A stretch of DNA of 64,000 nucleotides from Isurus oxyrinchus (GCA_026770705.1 JANJGN010000007.1:109430001-109494000), one strand, 5' to 3'. Shown: positions 36,501 to 51,400, counted from the stretch's first letter. Program-made: numbers and translations. Notes: a model not told the origin generated them from the letters alone.

Positions 36501-39099
36501 CATGGATTGTAATTGTTGACGTTTCTAAATAGCCAGGTCGTCCGTAGAATTCTTTAATTGCAAATGTGAATTCTCAAATTTATATGCTTCTGTATCAAGT
36601 AGAAAGGGTTGAGAAGTGTCTTGCTCATATAAAGCAAAGGATACTGGCAAATTGACTGCTGTTGAACTAGAAAGGTGCAAATCATGGCGTCTCTTTGATA
36701 CTTGTCTAAGAAGCTCTTTGCTATGCATTTATAAGGTTTTGATAATTCTACAAATTTTTAGGGTTTGTTACTAGTCGTAACATCGATGGATATTATTTTT
36801 TAACCACACTTTAAATGAAATGGCTCAATTTGATTTTTGTTAGCTAGACATTGGGCAGTCAAGGCAGTTAGAACACAGGAAAGCGGTTGTATGTGAGAAA
36901 CTACACTTAATTTTTGTATGACTTTAAGTTGATTGAGAGTGTGGATTCAACAGTCCTATATTGCAGTTAAGAGTTCTTTTTATCAATTTTGAAGAAATGA
37001 TTAAACAGTGGTTTGACCTCTGGATGACTAAAACTCATGCATTGATTATCTGTATTTGTAGAGTTGATCATCTGTCTTAGAGGGAAACTATTATTTCCGT
37101 TTAACTTGACGATAAGAAGTGTTCTTCGTAGTTTTATTATTTGTAGGAATGGAGTAGAGAATGTTCATGTGAATGTTTATGAAGGGTGCATTATTGACAA
37201 GAGGGTGCGAATATGCTTAAGACTGCGTTGTATCTAAATGACATGTTTCATTTGTTCGCAATGAAATGTAAGCTCTGTGGCCCAGTGAAATAGGGAATGA
37301 ACATTTATCTTAGTCCATATGGCTCTAGCCACAGAGGTAGAGTTGGAACGAGATGACTCGGACCCCGAGCCAATGGAAGAGGTGAATTTGGACTCTTGCC
37401 AGATAAGGGATTCGGGAATAATGAGAAGTAGGGAAAAAGTTGGAAAATTGGAATCTTTGTACACACAGTGTTACCAGGGCTTCTTACGCATGACTCTTCT
37501 GGACATAATTCGACGTCGCTTCAAAGATAGCAAAGAGAAGACATCGCCTGTGCTGACAATGCTCATGGGAGCGTAGGAACTAGAGGGCTCAGGGACTTCC
37601 ATGTTGTCTTCAGTGATTTTTGTTAATACCTGTAAAATCTTGCTTAATAAGTTATACATGATTCACAAATAATAGTTATTCGTACCTTGTTATGTCAGGC
37701 ACAACTGAAGATCCTAGTGTTAGAAATTAAGAATTCTGAACATAAATATTTTACTGAGAAGGGCTTTAGGCCTCGAAACCCAGAAAACCTACGCATTTAT
37801 CTCAATAAACAGACCACATCCATTTCCAAGTAACCAGACATCTGCACCTTGAATCCATTATTAAGACACAACTTGTGAGCGCTTTCTCCCCTCGAGTTTT
37901 TTGACATTTGCTCCATTCAGAGCCTTTGGAAAATATCCCGACCTAGTTTTGCAATTATTTTCTGCCATTTAAAATATTTTTAACACACGGACAGCATTCC
38001 GTTAATCAGGTATCATACCATTTGCTGTGCGGCATACTCATGAAGTCTACTTATTTTGAACGGAATCGATCCTTTTGCCTCAAGTAGCTGTGTTGTTTAT
38101 GCATCCGTCTATGTACTAAAAACACGGCCTAAATGTTATTTCATTTTGTGAATCTTGCAAGCACTCGTGGAAATTTTCGCTGTCCGCCATTTCTGACTGA
38201 ATAGAATCTTCAGTACGCATGTTGCATGACGTTCCATTCGGTGAGAAGATAAACTGCGAGTTCCGTACTTCCCGAAACTCGTCTTATCGACAGTAACCTG
38301 AGAAACAAACAGCGGCACCAAATGAGGAACAGGGTTTTGTTTTCTCAGGTACTCAGCGGCAACTGCCAGATGAAGTTTAGGACTGGTTGAACTGTCGTGC
38401 GCTCCAGTGCTGGTATGAGTGTGCAGAAGGAGCTAGTCCCACCTTACTTTCAGCCCATTCACTTGAGCACGTACACCTGCATTCGCATGTTTGTGCTCGC
38501 ATGTAAATTTAGCCCCAGTTTCAATTTACTGCATTAAATAACAGAATTTTAACCAATGACAGGCTGGTTAACCAGGCTTTGACATCATGTCAATGGATAG
38601 TCCAAATGGCGTTGGTTTGGTGGTATCCGGAGAATGTTGTCTGGTCCCAGCAGTTTTTTTTATTACAAATCCCGAAAATTATCTCACTGCACTAGAAAAT
38701 GAATAGAGATAACCACTGAACTGCTCCACCGATTAAAAAGCCTTTTTTAAAATTTTAAAAAACTAAAAACCTTTTTAACTCACGAAACGCCTATGTTTAG
38801 CAGTGGAATTCCTTACAGAAATACATGTTCGAAATCAGAGTGAATCCTGGAGTCATGGCAACGTAGTAGCATGGCTATGGTTCCCAAACAAAGTGTCGTA
38901 CAGGTAACGGCTGTAAGCCGTCAAACATAACTGTCATCAGCATTTCCTGACATGTAAAGTCGTTTCCGTTTCACAGGGATGGTCAACTTGCAGCATAGAA
39001 GCTAATGATGGCTGGACTCATCCTGGAATCATGGACGCGAGACGTCGGGACTGAGAGGTTATAAAATAGAGATTCTGGACAGGGAGGTTAAAACAACTA

Positions 39100-42000
39100 G
39101 CATACAGGAGGTAGTCAAATTTCCCGTTTAGAACCAAAACTCGAGGTGTGACATCACAGCGAGGCAGGTAGGTAATCAGCTGGTGAGTATTTTCCATTTA
39201 CCTTATCTAAACTAGGGAATTTTAGTCGGGGTAAGAACAGGCAGGGCTGGAGATATGAATCAAAACTTAATTAGTAAAACAACGAATTAATCAGTTAATC
39301 AAACACTACGAAGATGGCACAGCAGGTGATGTGTTGCATACATACGAGCTGACGAATTAGGAGCAGGAGCAGGCCATCCGCCCCCTCGATGGTTCTCCGC
39401 CATTCAATAAGCTCATGGCTGATCTAAATGTAACTTCAACCCCACATTCCTGCCTACCCCCGATATCCTTTCACCCCCGTGTTAATCAAGAATCTATCTA
39501 GCTCTGCCTTAAAAATACAAAGACTGCTTCCACCATCTTTTAAGGGAGCAAGTTGCAAAGACTCACAATCCTCTTCTTTTCTGTCTAATATGAGTGGCCC
39601 CTTATTTTTAAACAGTGAGCCCTGGTTCTAGATTCTACCAAAAGAGGAAACATCCTCTCCACATCCATCCTGTCAAGGTCCCCCTAAGACCTTAAAGGTT
39701 TCAATTAAGTCGCCTCTTGCTCTTCTAAATTCCAGTGAGTACAAGCCTCAATGGCGCAGCAATTCCTCTTAAGATAGACCCCCCCCCCCCCCCCCCCCCC
39801 CCGCCCATTCCTGGTATTAGTCTCGTCAGCCTTCCCTGAACTGTTTCTGAAGCATTTACATCTTTCTTTTAATAAAGAGATAAGTGTTGTACACAATACT
39901 CCAGATGTTGGCTCAGCAATGTCCTGTATAACTGGAGCATAACCTTCTTCCTTTTGTAACCAAATCTCCTCACAATAAATGAGAACATTCTATTAAACGT
40001 TCCTAATTTCCTGCTTTACCTGCATACTAATCTTCTGTGATTCATACGCTAAGATATCAAGATCTCTCTGAATCTTAGAGCGCTACAATTTCTCACCATT
40101 TAGATAATAAGCTTCTTTTTTATGCTTCCTGCTAAAATAAACGATTTCACATTATTCTACATTATACTCCATTTGCCAGAACTTTGCCCACTCGCTTAAC
40201 CTATCTATGTCACTTTGTAGCCTCCTTACCTCCTCTTCATAAGATACTTTCCTATCTATCTTTGTGTCATCAGCAAATTTAGCAACCATTCGTAGGGTCC
40301 CTTCATCCAAGTCATTTATCCAAATTATAGAAGCTGACGCCCCAGCATTGATCCCTGTGACAGATCACTTGTCTCATTCTGTCAACGAGAACAAGATCCA
40401 TTGATGCCAACTCTGTGCTACGTGTCAACTAGCCAATCTTCTATCCATGCCAATTTGTTATCTCCCAATACCATGAGTTTTATTTTCTGCAATGATATTA
40501 AGGTGATACTTTATCAAATGCCTTCTGAAAATCTAAGTACAGCACATCCGCAGGTTCCTCTTATTTCACAGCTCAAGCGTTTCCTTCAAAAATCTCCAAT
40601 AAATTGGTTAAACATAATTTCCCTTCCACAAAATCATGTTGACTCTGCCTGATTGCCTTGAATTTTTCTATGTGCCCTGATATAACATTTTAATAACAGC
40701 TTCTAGCATTTTCCCTGTGACATATTATGCTAACTGGCCTATAGTTTCCTGCCTTCAGTCTCGCTCCATTCTGGAATAAAGGGGTTATCTTCGCTATTTT
40801 CCAATCTAATGAAACCTTCCCCGAATCTAAGGAATTTTGGAAAATTGAAACCAGTTCAACAATCTCACTAGTCACTTATTTCAAGGCCTTAGTGTGATAT
40901 CCATACGGACCTGGAGAATTGCCAGCCTGCAAACGCAACAAAATGCTCAATACTACTTTCCTGGTGATTGTAATTTCCCAGAGTTTCTCCCACCATTCCA
41001 TTTACTGAGTTACTATTAGTTCCTTATAGTGAAGGCCGAGGCAAAATACCTGTTTAATTCATCCGCCATTTCCCCACTTTCCATTATCAATTCCCCAGGC
41101 GCACTTTAAAAAGGGCCAATGCTCGCTTTGTTAACTCTTCTTATTTAAATATTTATAGAAATTCTTACTATCGATTAACCTCATTTGCCAGTTCACTTTA
41201 GCTAGCTCTGTTTGCATGCCCTCATAATTGCCCTTATTAAGTTTTAAAAAACTGGTCTTGGGCGCACTTGTTTGTCTCTCACAATTAATGCAAAATTCAA
41301 TCATATCATGATCGCTGCTACCTCGGGGTCCATCACAAGGAGTGTATCAATTAATCCTACCTCGTTGCTCAATACAAGGTCTAGTAAATCCTGCTCTCTG
41401 GTTGACTCCTAAACATGCACTTCTAAGACACTTTCCTGAAAACATTAGATGAACACCTCATCTACATTACCTTTGCCCATTTAATTTTTTTGTGATTAGA
41501 GTCCTCCATGATTATTGCTGTAACTTTCTGGTAAGTTCCATTTACATTTTTTATGTTCTTTCCTACCATGCAGTTACAATTAAGGGGTCTGTCCACCATT
41601 CCCATAAGTGACTTCTTGCCTTTATTATTCCTTAACTCAAGTCAAACCACTTCAAATCCTGGTTTCCTCAATTTAGGTTATCCCTCTCTAATGAGCTAAT
41701 ACCATCATTAATTAACAGAGCCACACCTCCACATTTTCCTACTTTCTGCCGTTCCAAAATGTCACATGCTCTTCAATATTCAGGCCCCAAGCTGTCATCC
41801 TGTAGCCATGACACTGTAATGCTTATCAGATCGTGCTTATTTATTTCTAATTACACTATCCGTTCATCTCTTTTGATTCAAATGTTATATGCATTTAGGT
41901 ACAGAGCCTTTAGTTTTGTCCTTGAATTATTTTTGCAGCGTTTAGCCTTGTCTGCTGATTTACACTTAGATTTGTACGCTCCATCCTTCCTTTTCACAGT

Positions 42001-43790
42001 CTGTTTGTCATTTCCAATATTAATAACAGTTTCCCTTGACTTGTCTCTAGTCTTTGGTTTCTTGCTGTAATATGTGCAAACCAACCCTCACCTCAGGACA
42101 CGCGCCCCCATCCCCTCCCACTGCCAGAGGTAAGGATACCGGTGAGAAGCTACAGAATTTTCTGACGTGGGGGAGAGAACAGTCAAAGTCGTGGTCCATA
42201 TTATTAGCAAAGGCTTAAGTATCGACCAGGTCCTACGGATAGATTTTAAGGAGGTAGCCAAGAGCCTCAAAAGTAGCAATCAACAAATTGTTCCCAGTGC
42301 CAAGCGCTTATGTACCCAACAATAGGATGATAGAATGGATCAATGGGTATTTGGAGAGATTGTGCAGGAGGCAGAAATATAGATTAAAATGTCATTGAAT
42401 GAATTTTGAGACAGATGTGACCTTTAGATGTCAAAAGGGTTGTACCCAACAGAATTGGAACTAATGCCCTCGTTGAGTGAATTTCCGGAGCTGTGGGAGA
42501 GTGTTTAAATAATTTGGAATGTGACTGGCATGAGGAACTAACATTAGAAATTAGCATAAATGTGCACAAAGCATTGCAAGAGAGAAATGTCAGCATTGTA
42601 AGAAATAGTAAGTATTAGGTAAGATAAGACGAAGCAAAAGCACAATATAGTCTGTAATATATACAACGAATGTGTGTAAATGCACGGAGCATGATAATAA
42701 TATTGGTGAGCTGCAGGCACAAATACCCACATATGATGTAGTGATGAGAAAGTGGATCTAGTTCAAAAAGGACATGGTTGGGTACTAAATATTTCTGGAT
42801 ACCAGTTCGTCAAAACGGATAGGGAAGGAAACAGAGCAGGAGGGGTGGCAGTATTGATAAAGGGAATATCGCAATGCTGGAGAGAGAGGATGTTTTCGAG
42901 TGCTCAAGAAGCAATCAATTTGGCTAGAGTTAAAAAAGCAATAGGCTGTGCACATTGATGTGCCATCAATTAGTAGGAAGGCGAGAGGGGTGCAAATTTG
43001 TAGGAAATTAAAGACAGCTGCTATAACTCTAGAGGAGGGGACTTCAATTCCCATAATGTAGACTGCAATAGTAACAGTGTAAACAGCAGAAAGGGTAAAG
43101 AGTTTCTGTTGTGTGTTCAACAAAAAAAAACCATGACCGTTGCGTTTTCGGTCACCAAGAAGTGAGGGATTGCTGACCTGGTTTTGGGTAATGAGATGAG
43201 TCAAATGGATCAAATGCCAGTAACAGAATATTAAGCGAAAAGTGATCATAATATCAAAGGTTTAGGTTCGGTATGGAAAGAACAAGGAGCAGCGTGGCGT
43301 GAAATTGCTTAATTGGAGGAGGGTCAATTTCAGTGGGCTCCCTGTCGTAAAACAACGCGCTTCCTTTAAAGAGGAGATGGCTAGGGTGGTGTCGAATTAA
43401 TTTCCCACTCGGGGGAAGATAGAACAAACAAGGTCAAATCCTCCTAGCTGACGAAGAGTAGAGGGTAAGACAAAGAAGCAAAAGTGGAAGGATCCAGAAA
43501 CAAAGCATCCAGATTTAAAGTGATTAGCAAAGGAAAAAACAGCAGCACGAGGTTTTCTAATGCAGCATGTGGCCAGGATCTGGAATCCAATGCTTGAATA
43601 GGTGGTGAATGCAGATCCAATTATATATGTCAAAAAGGCTATGATGAGCACGTGTAAGGGAAGACTTACAGGAATACAGGGAAAGAACGGCGGCAGCGGG
43701 GCTAGTTAAATTGCTCTTGCAGAGAGCAGACAGGAGTTCAAAGGGCTAAATGGCTTTCTTCTGTGCTGCAACTATTCAGTGATTCTGCAA
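39100..43790 (+). mobile_element. CR1 LINE (5'UTR and ORF1 start 39100-39338, resumes about 42062-43790), internally deleted
   Basis: atggcacagcaggtgatgtgttgc joins ctgtaatatgtg across the insert (ORF1 start); GWVLNISGYQFVKTDREGNRAGGVAVLIK APE. Confidence 0.75.
39339..42061 (-). mobile_element. CR1 LINE, most of ORF2, nested in the plus-strand CR1
   Basis: KLKALYLNAYNI (APE start), IFQNSLDSGKVSLDWKIAKITPLFQ..AGNYRPVS, and the 3' end at 39340. Confidence 0.9.
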
Positions 43791-43914
43791 GTTTTCGATT
43801 TTTTTTTTTGCCCTACCAAAATGCATCACCTCACATTTTTCAGTGCAAAATTGATTTCCCCGTAACTTCCCAGCCTGCAAGTTCCCTAATGTCTTATTTT
43901 ATTTTGAAAGTACT

Positions 43915-46100
43915 CACGGGTGTCAGCATCTCTGGTAAGGTCAGCATTTAACTCGCATCGCCAATTGTGTTTGATAAGGTCGTTGTGAGCTGCCTTCTTC
44001 AACCGCTACATTGCGTGCCCTACAGTAAATGCCATGTTGCTGGTAGGCACCAAGGTCAAACAATTTGACTCAGTAACGATTATAGGTGATATATTTCCAA
44101 GTCAGCATAATGTATGACTTGGAGCGGAAATTGGAGGTGATGCTAATCCCATGGAACTTGCCCTTTTATGTCGAAGGAGTCCTGGCAATTTGTTGTCGTG
44201 AAATGTAGTTGCTGTTAGATGACTGACTCTGATTGCAAATACTTCAATCTTGCCTTTTGCACTCAAGCACAGGGCACTAACGTCATTGAGGATGGGAATA
44301 TCCATGCAGCCTTCTCCTCCCTTTAGTTGTTCAATTGTCCACCACAATTCGCACCTGGATGTGGCAGGCGTAGGCATTTTATCTAATCTGTTAGTTATGG
44401 GATTGCTTAACACGGTCTGTAACATGCAGTTTCCATTGTTCAGCATGTATGTATTCCTTCGTTGTGCTTTCAACATTTTGGTGTTTAATTTTTAGACGTG
44501 CAGAATGCTGATTCTGTCATCCATGTCACATTGAGCCAGCGTTGACCTCCTCGTTTGATGGTAGTGTTAGAGTTAGGGATATGAGGTTACAGCTTGTGAC
44601 GGATTAAAATGTTAGTGGGTGCTAATGGCTCACGGTGCCACATTGATGCCCAGGTTCGAGCTGTTAGGTATGTCCTGAATCTGTTCCATTTAGCACGCTG
44701 GTATTGTTTTCCAACTTGGAGGAGGTTTCAGTCAGTGTGAACATGGAACTTCATCTCCACAAGGAGTATTTACAGGTCAGTCCTGCCAATGTTTTCATGA
44801 GTAATTGCATCTGTGCCTGATAGTTCGCTGACGACGAGTTCAAGTCTGTTTCAACGTTGTTTTTTGGTTCTTGTAAGAACTGCGACAGACCCCATCCGTC
44901 AGCTATGCCCTTTAGGGCTCAGGCAGCTCTGTCAGTACTGGCGCTACTCAGTCCCTCTTACTGATAGCCATTGACGTCGTCCACCCAGAGCACGTTCCCG
45001 GAATACCCTCAATGCATCTTTCAGTTGAAATGGAACATGGAAAGTATTGAATTACCAGCTGATGGAGGGGAGAAGAGCTACAACCTGCAGCCTTTGATCA
45101 AAATTGCAAAACTAGCGAAGCAATAGCCTGATATAGCCGTGCTTAACAGAATCATATTTATAAGCCAATATTGCAGATGCCACTATTACAATCCGTGTGA
45201 ATATCATGTCCCACCAGCATTACTTGTCAATCACAGGTGATAAAAGAGTGTTTTACAGTCGAGAGGGAGTGGCGATTTCTTTGTCCATGACCGATCTAAT
45301 GCCATGAGGCTTCATGGTATCCGCAATCAGTGTTGAAGACTCCCAGGGCCACATCCCTCGATTCTGACACTGCGCTACAGCCTCTGAGATGATGGCTCTA
45401 AGCCATGAATCTGAGAGTATGATTATGCCAGGCTGTTGATTCACTAGTCTGTGGAACAGTTCTCCCTACTTTTGCCAAGGTTGCGAAATATTAGTGAGGA
45501 GGACTTTGCAGCATGCTGGCAGGTCATGTCTTTGTCATATCATATGTTTTGGCCAATACCAAAGTGTGTCCGATTTTACTCCTATTTTAATTATGCATAG
45601 TGCCTTAAAACAACTAAGTAGCTTGCTAGGCCAATTCATCAATATATTTTCCTACCCCAGAGGGTTGTGGATGCTCCATCGTTGCATACATTTAAGATTG
45701 AATTTTGACAGATTTTTGGTCTTTCGGGTGTTTACGGATCTGGGGAGCGGTCGGGAAAATGGAACTGAAGCCCAATATCAGCTATGTTCATATTAAATGG
45801 CGGAGTGGGCTCCACGGGCCATACGGTCTATTCCTGCTCCTTCTTATTGTATTTATTCTCTTCCTAAAAATCTACTACATTATTGTGGATCTGGAATGAC
45901 GGATAGGCCAAACTTGGAAAGAACGGCAGATTTCGTTTCCTCAAGAACATTAATCACCTGATGTGTTTTATGACAATCCCGATTGTTTTATGGTCAACGT
46001 AACTGACATTAACATTTATTTCGTATGTATGCAATTAACTGCGTTTTGAAATAACTCCTCTGGATTAGTCCAGGTCTCGTGATTAGCAATTCAACACATA
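43915..46100 (-). mobile_element. Older copy of the tRNA-headed APE-RT LINE, with a small CR1 3' insert at about 45640-45860
   Basis: MNQQPGIIILSDSWL and LWWTIEQLKGGEGCMDIPILND; 5'UTR remnants at 45880-46090. Confidence 0.7.
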
Positions 46101-46119
46101 AATATTTTGCTGGCATATG

Positions 46120-47665
46120 TATTTTCAAACAATCTAGGGAAAAGATAAAAAAGGCAAGACGATACACATTTCATAATTCGTCAGAAGAAAAGGTGTAGTG
46201 CCAGAAGACTGGTAGATAACTAACGTAAATCCTATATTTAAGAAGGCGGACATAATGTTCCCACGTGATGTTCGTCAAGTCACCTTAGCAAGAAGGCGGA
46301 CATAATGTTCCCACGAGATGTTCGTCAAGTCACCTTAGCATGACGGTGGGAGAATGAAACCCCGACTAGAGAAGACAACAGAAGAACATATAGAAAAGAA
46401 AGGCATAATAATATAGTCAGCATGGATTCGAAAATGGAATATCTTGTTTGGCCAACTATTGAATTTTTTAAGGAGCTAACAGAGACGTGACAATTGTAAT
46501 GAAGTAACTGTGGATTATCTGGATTTTTAAAAAGGTCTTCAATAAAGTGCCCCATAATAGACTTAACGAATAAGGTCAGAAAAAGCTGAATCAGCAAACA
46601 AGTGGCAGAATTGTTTGCTAGCCGGCTTCAAGACTGAAAGAAGAGAATGGGAGTAAAGGGTAGTTATTCAGAGTGGCATTGGTGTTTCATAAGGATCAAC
46701 GCTGGGACCAATGCTGTTAACAATTTGCATTAACAATTAGGATTTTGAAAATAAAGGCACGATTTCTAAATTTGTGGAAGAAGCCATATTTCCTCAGCAC
46801 TGAGGCGGATTAATTCAAATTGAAGGAACTTTATTAAGCTTGCAGTATTGGCAAAAACATGGAAAATGAGGTTCAACACAGGTATGTACGCGGTAAGAAG
46901 TAAAGGAAGATCAAATATTACTTGGAAGGTGCAGATATCGGTGGGGTCAGCAATAAAATGATCGCAGAGTGCAACTACACCAATCACTGAAGGTTAACCA
47001 ATCGGTTTGCAAGTCCATAAAAACAGAGCAAGTGCAAGCCTTTTGTTATTAAGCAATTAAATTGAAAAGTATGGAAGATTTTCTAAACACGTATCGAACA
47101 TGGGGCAAAGCATACCTAGATTTCTGCTTGCAGTCTCGGTCGCTATAAAAAAGGCCCTGCAGAGGCTCCAGTGATGATTTACAAGGATAATACCAGAAAT
47201 GCCAAGGCATACTTATCAGGAAAGAAATAACAGGCTGTGTCCCCTTCCTATTGTAAAAAAAAAGGTTAATGTCCCGAGCTAACAGAGGTTTTCCAAATTA
47301 TGAAAAGTTTTGATCGCGTGAACACAGATAGAATGCTCCCTCTTGTGAGGAAGGCAACAGTTCGAAGCCATCAATGTAAGAGGGACACCAAAAAATCAAA
47401 TACGGAACTCACAGGAAACATCTTTACCGAAAGAGTGGTGAGAATGTGGAATTTGCGACCATAGGAAGTGGTAGATGAAAATAGTATGGATGCATTTAAT
47501 GGGAAGGCAGACATGCATATAAGGGAGAAGAGAACATACCGTTACGGTGATCGAAGTTAGCTGAGGATAGGTGGGATGGGTTTGGGAGGAGCATAACTGT
47601 AGGCAGTGATTGGGTTGGACCGAATTCATGTTTCTTATATGTTATGTAATCCTATGTAACCCTAA
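46120..47665 (+). mobile_element. CR1 LINE RT and 3' end, degraded
   Basis: gtgccagaagactggtagataactaacgta (VPEDW..), aataaagtgccccataatagac and gagtggtgagaatgtggaatttgc. Confidence 0.8.
46240..46340. repeat. 50-bp tandem duplication (2 copies, 1 mismatch)
   Basis: aagaaggcggacataatgttcccacg(t/a)gatgttcgtcaagtcaccttagc twice. Confidence 0.95.
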
Positions 47666-48436
47666 ACAAAAATTTGAATGGAGCTACAAAAGAAGATATG
47701 AGGTGATATGTTGAAAAGTTTGATCAAAGTAACAGGCTTTTACCTGTCAAGGATTGTGCGATAGAGAGCTGAAAGAAATAGCGATGAAACTTCAGAGATT
47801 CGAGTGCAAGCATCTAAATGCACAACCGAACGAAATTGGATACGTACCAGAGAATAGACATGGAATGTTGCGAAGGTTATAGGAGAAGGTTACATTGATG
47901 GGAATAACTTGCTCTCGTCAAGTCGGGAAAATGGCAGGCCGTCGTGGAAATTGCAGGCATTTGCCTTTCCAAAAACTTATGCCTGATATTTCTTAGCACA
48001 GCCAGCAGTTTCCCTACAAACAGGCTGGAGGCGGCGGAAGCCACAGAAATTCGCTTGGCTGACTCCCATAGCTAAACTTCTTCACATCTCAATTCTAAGG
48101 ACGGCATTCAGTTGTTCACCTCCCCTGGCCCTCATCGCTTCTCTTCCAGCATTGCAACCGTCTATACCAGTGTATCTGACATGTCTTCATCTTTCCTCAA
48201 CCAAGACTTTCCCCCACTACGGTTCACAAGGCCCTGCACTGTAGTCGGACCATTTCTCACACTACTGTTCTCATCTCTTGCACATGCAAGGACCAAGATA
48301 GGATTCCCCTTGCCTGATCCCTCCACCCATCAGCGTCCACAATGAATAGGTCAATCGCCATTTTAACCAAGTGAACTCAAGTGAAAAGCTTCTAATAAAC
48401 CCATGTATCCTCGCCCTACTTTCAGACGTCTGAAGG

Positions 48437-51400
48437 TACATAGGAGCAGGAGTCGGTCATTTGGACATTTCAGTATGCACCACCATTCAATAAGATCATG
48501 GCAGATCTGGTTGTGTTCTCAGCTCCACTTTCCTATTCAGCATCCCATAACTCTTGACTCCGTTGACTAACGAAACGCTGCCTAACTCAGGCTTGAATAC
48601 ATTTGAAAACCCAACCGCCACAACTCTCTGGGGAAGAGAATTACACAAATCAACGACCATTTGGGCGAAGAAACTTCTCCTCATCTCTGTCTTATAAGGG
48701 GGGGAAGGGCAATTATTTTTAAACAATGGCACCTGGTTTTAGTCTGCCCCACAAGAGGAAACATCCTCAGGGCATTCACGCTATCAAATTTCCTTAGGAT
48801 CTTATGTGTTTCAATAACCTCTCATTCTTCTAAACTCCAATGGGTATAGGCATCCCCTTCATCCGAGGGATGAGACTAGTGAACCTTCTCTGAATTGCTT
48901 TTTAGAGTTTATATCTTTTTTTAAAAAGAAGCGGGCCAAAACTTCAGCCAGTACTCCAGATATGGCCTCATCCAGGCCCTGTATAGCTGCAATACAACGT
49001 CCGAACTTTAGATTCCATTCCCCTTACAATCAAAGCCAACATTCAATTTGCCTTCCAAATCACTTGCTGAACTTGCATACTAATTTAATGTGATTAATGT
49101 ACCAGAAGACATAGATTCCTTTGTACCACTGAGTTAAGCATCTTTTTTTTATTCATGCACGTGATGTGGGCGTCGCTGGCTCTGCCAGCATTTATTTTCC
49201 ATCCCAAATGCCCTGGGGATCCGTCGCAGTTCTTGTGGAGTATGTAGACCCACAGTGTCATTAGGGAGACAGTTCCAAGATTTTGACCCAGCGACACTGA
49301 AGGCGATGTATTTCCAAGCTTTGGTGGTTTGTGGCTTGGAGGGGAACTCGCAGGTGTTGGTGTTCCTATGCATCTGCTTCCCTTGACTTTCTAGATGGGT
49401 TTGGAAGGTGCTGTCTAAGGAGCATTGTCGAGTTCCTGAAGTGCATCTTGTAGATGGTACACACTGCTGCCACTGTGCAGCAGTGACGGAGGCAGTGAGT
49501 GTGTGTGGATGAAGTTCCAATCAAACGGTCTGCTTTCTCCAGGATGGTGCCGATCATCTTGAGTGTTGTTGGAGCTGCACTCATGCAGGCAAGTGGAGGA
49601 TTTTCCAGCACACTCCTAGCATGTGCCTTGTAGATGGTGGACAGGCCCTGGAGATTCAGGAGCTGAGAGTCAAGGGACGATGATTAGATTCTCCCTTGTG
49701 GGAGATGGTGATTGCCTGGCACTTTTATGGCATGAATATTAATTTCCGCTTGTCAGCCTAATCCTGGATATTGTCCAGGTCTTGCTGCATTTGTACATGG
49801 GCCATTTACGTATCGGAGGAGCTGACAATGGTGCTGAATATTGTGGAATCATCAGCACACATTCCCACTTCTCAGCTTCTCTTGAAAGGAAGGTCATCTA
49901 TTAAGCAGCTGAAGATGGGTGGACCGAGGACAATACCCTCAGCAACCTCTGCAGTAAGGCCCTGAACATGAGATGATTGACCTCCACCAATAACAACCAT
50001 TTTCTTAGTGATAGGTATGACTCAAACCAGCAGTTTTGCTCGGGCTCCTTCATGCCATATTCAGTCAAATGCTGCCTAGATGTCAAAGGCAGTGACTCTC
50101 ACCTCAACTCTGGGTTTCAGCTTTTTTGTCCATTTTTGAACACAGGATGTGATGAGGTCAGGAAATGAATGTTACTGGCGGAACCCAAACTGAGCGCCAG
50201 TGAGCAGGCCATTGCTAATTAATGCCACTTGTTAGCACTGTTGATGACTCCTTACATTAATTGCAATTTTTTGAGTAGATTGCTGGGAGGTAATTGTTCA
50301 GTTTGGATTTATACTGCTTTTTGCGCACAATACATTCGTGGACAATTTTCTACATTGCCAGGTAGGTGCCACTGCTTTAGCTCTACTGGAACAGCTTGGT
50401 TAGGGTGGGGACACGGCAAGGCCTGGAGCACAAGGCTTCACTGGTATTGCTAGAATATTGCAGTATCCATTGCCTTCAGCTGTTTCTTGATATCACGCTG
50501 AGAGAATCGAATTGGGAGAAAACTGCCATCTCGCTTTGTGAGTCAGTGATACTCCAGGCCCTGAGTTTACAGATTGCAGTTGAGTACAATTCTGCTGCTG
50601 CTGATGGCCCACAACATCTCACTGATGCCTCAACTTGGGGTGCTAGATTTGCTCGAATTCTCTCCCATTTAGCGCGATAGTAGTGCCAAACAACACGATG
50701 TAGGGTATCCTCTATGTGAAGACAGGATATCGTCTTCACAAGGTCTGTGCGGTGATCACTCCTGCAGATGCTGTCATGGACAGATGCATCTGTGGAAGGC
50801 AGGTTAATGAGGATGAGGTCAAGTGCCATTTTCCCCTCACCAATCGCCACAGACCTAGACTAGCAGCTTTGTCATTGAGCACTCAAACAGCCACCTACTC
50901 ACTCTTGGTGATGGCCATTGAAGTTTCTCACCCAGAGTATATTCCGTGCCCTTGTACCCCTCAGAACTTGCCCAAGTGTTTTTTTTTCATGGAGGAGTAC
51001 CGTTTCATCAGCTGAGGGCGGAATGGTGCGTGGCAATCAGCAGGTGGCTCCGGTACCCACGTTTGACCTGATGCCATGAGACTTCATGGGATCCGGAGTC
51101 GAAGTTGAGGACTCCCACCGGGCCATATGCCACTGTACCGCCATCGCTGCTGGGTCTGTCCTGCCAGTGACTGAGGGCATGCCCAGGGATTGTGATGGTG
51201 GCGTCTGGGGCATTATCTGCAAGGTACGATTCTGTACGCCTGTTGCTTGACTTGTCTATTGGTCAGTTATGCCAATTTTGGTACAAGCCCCAGATGTTAT
51301 TACATCTGGGTTGGATTTTCCTAAGTAGACTTCCAGTGGTCCATCCGGTTTCATTCCTTTTCGGCTTATTAACAGTTTTATGCAGTTGATTGGCTCGCTA

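Noticed and set aside
46240-46340. CRISPR-like repeat
   Set aside because: Plain two-copy tandem duplication with no spacers, in eukaryotic DNA.
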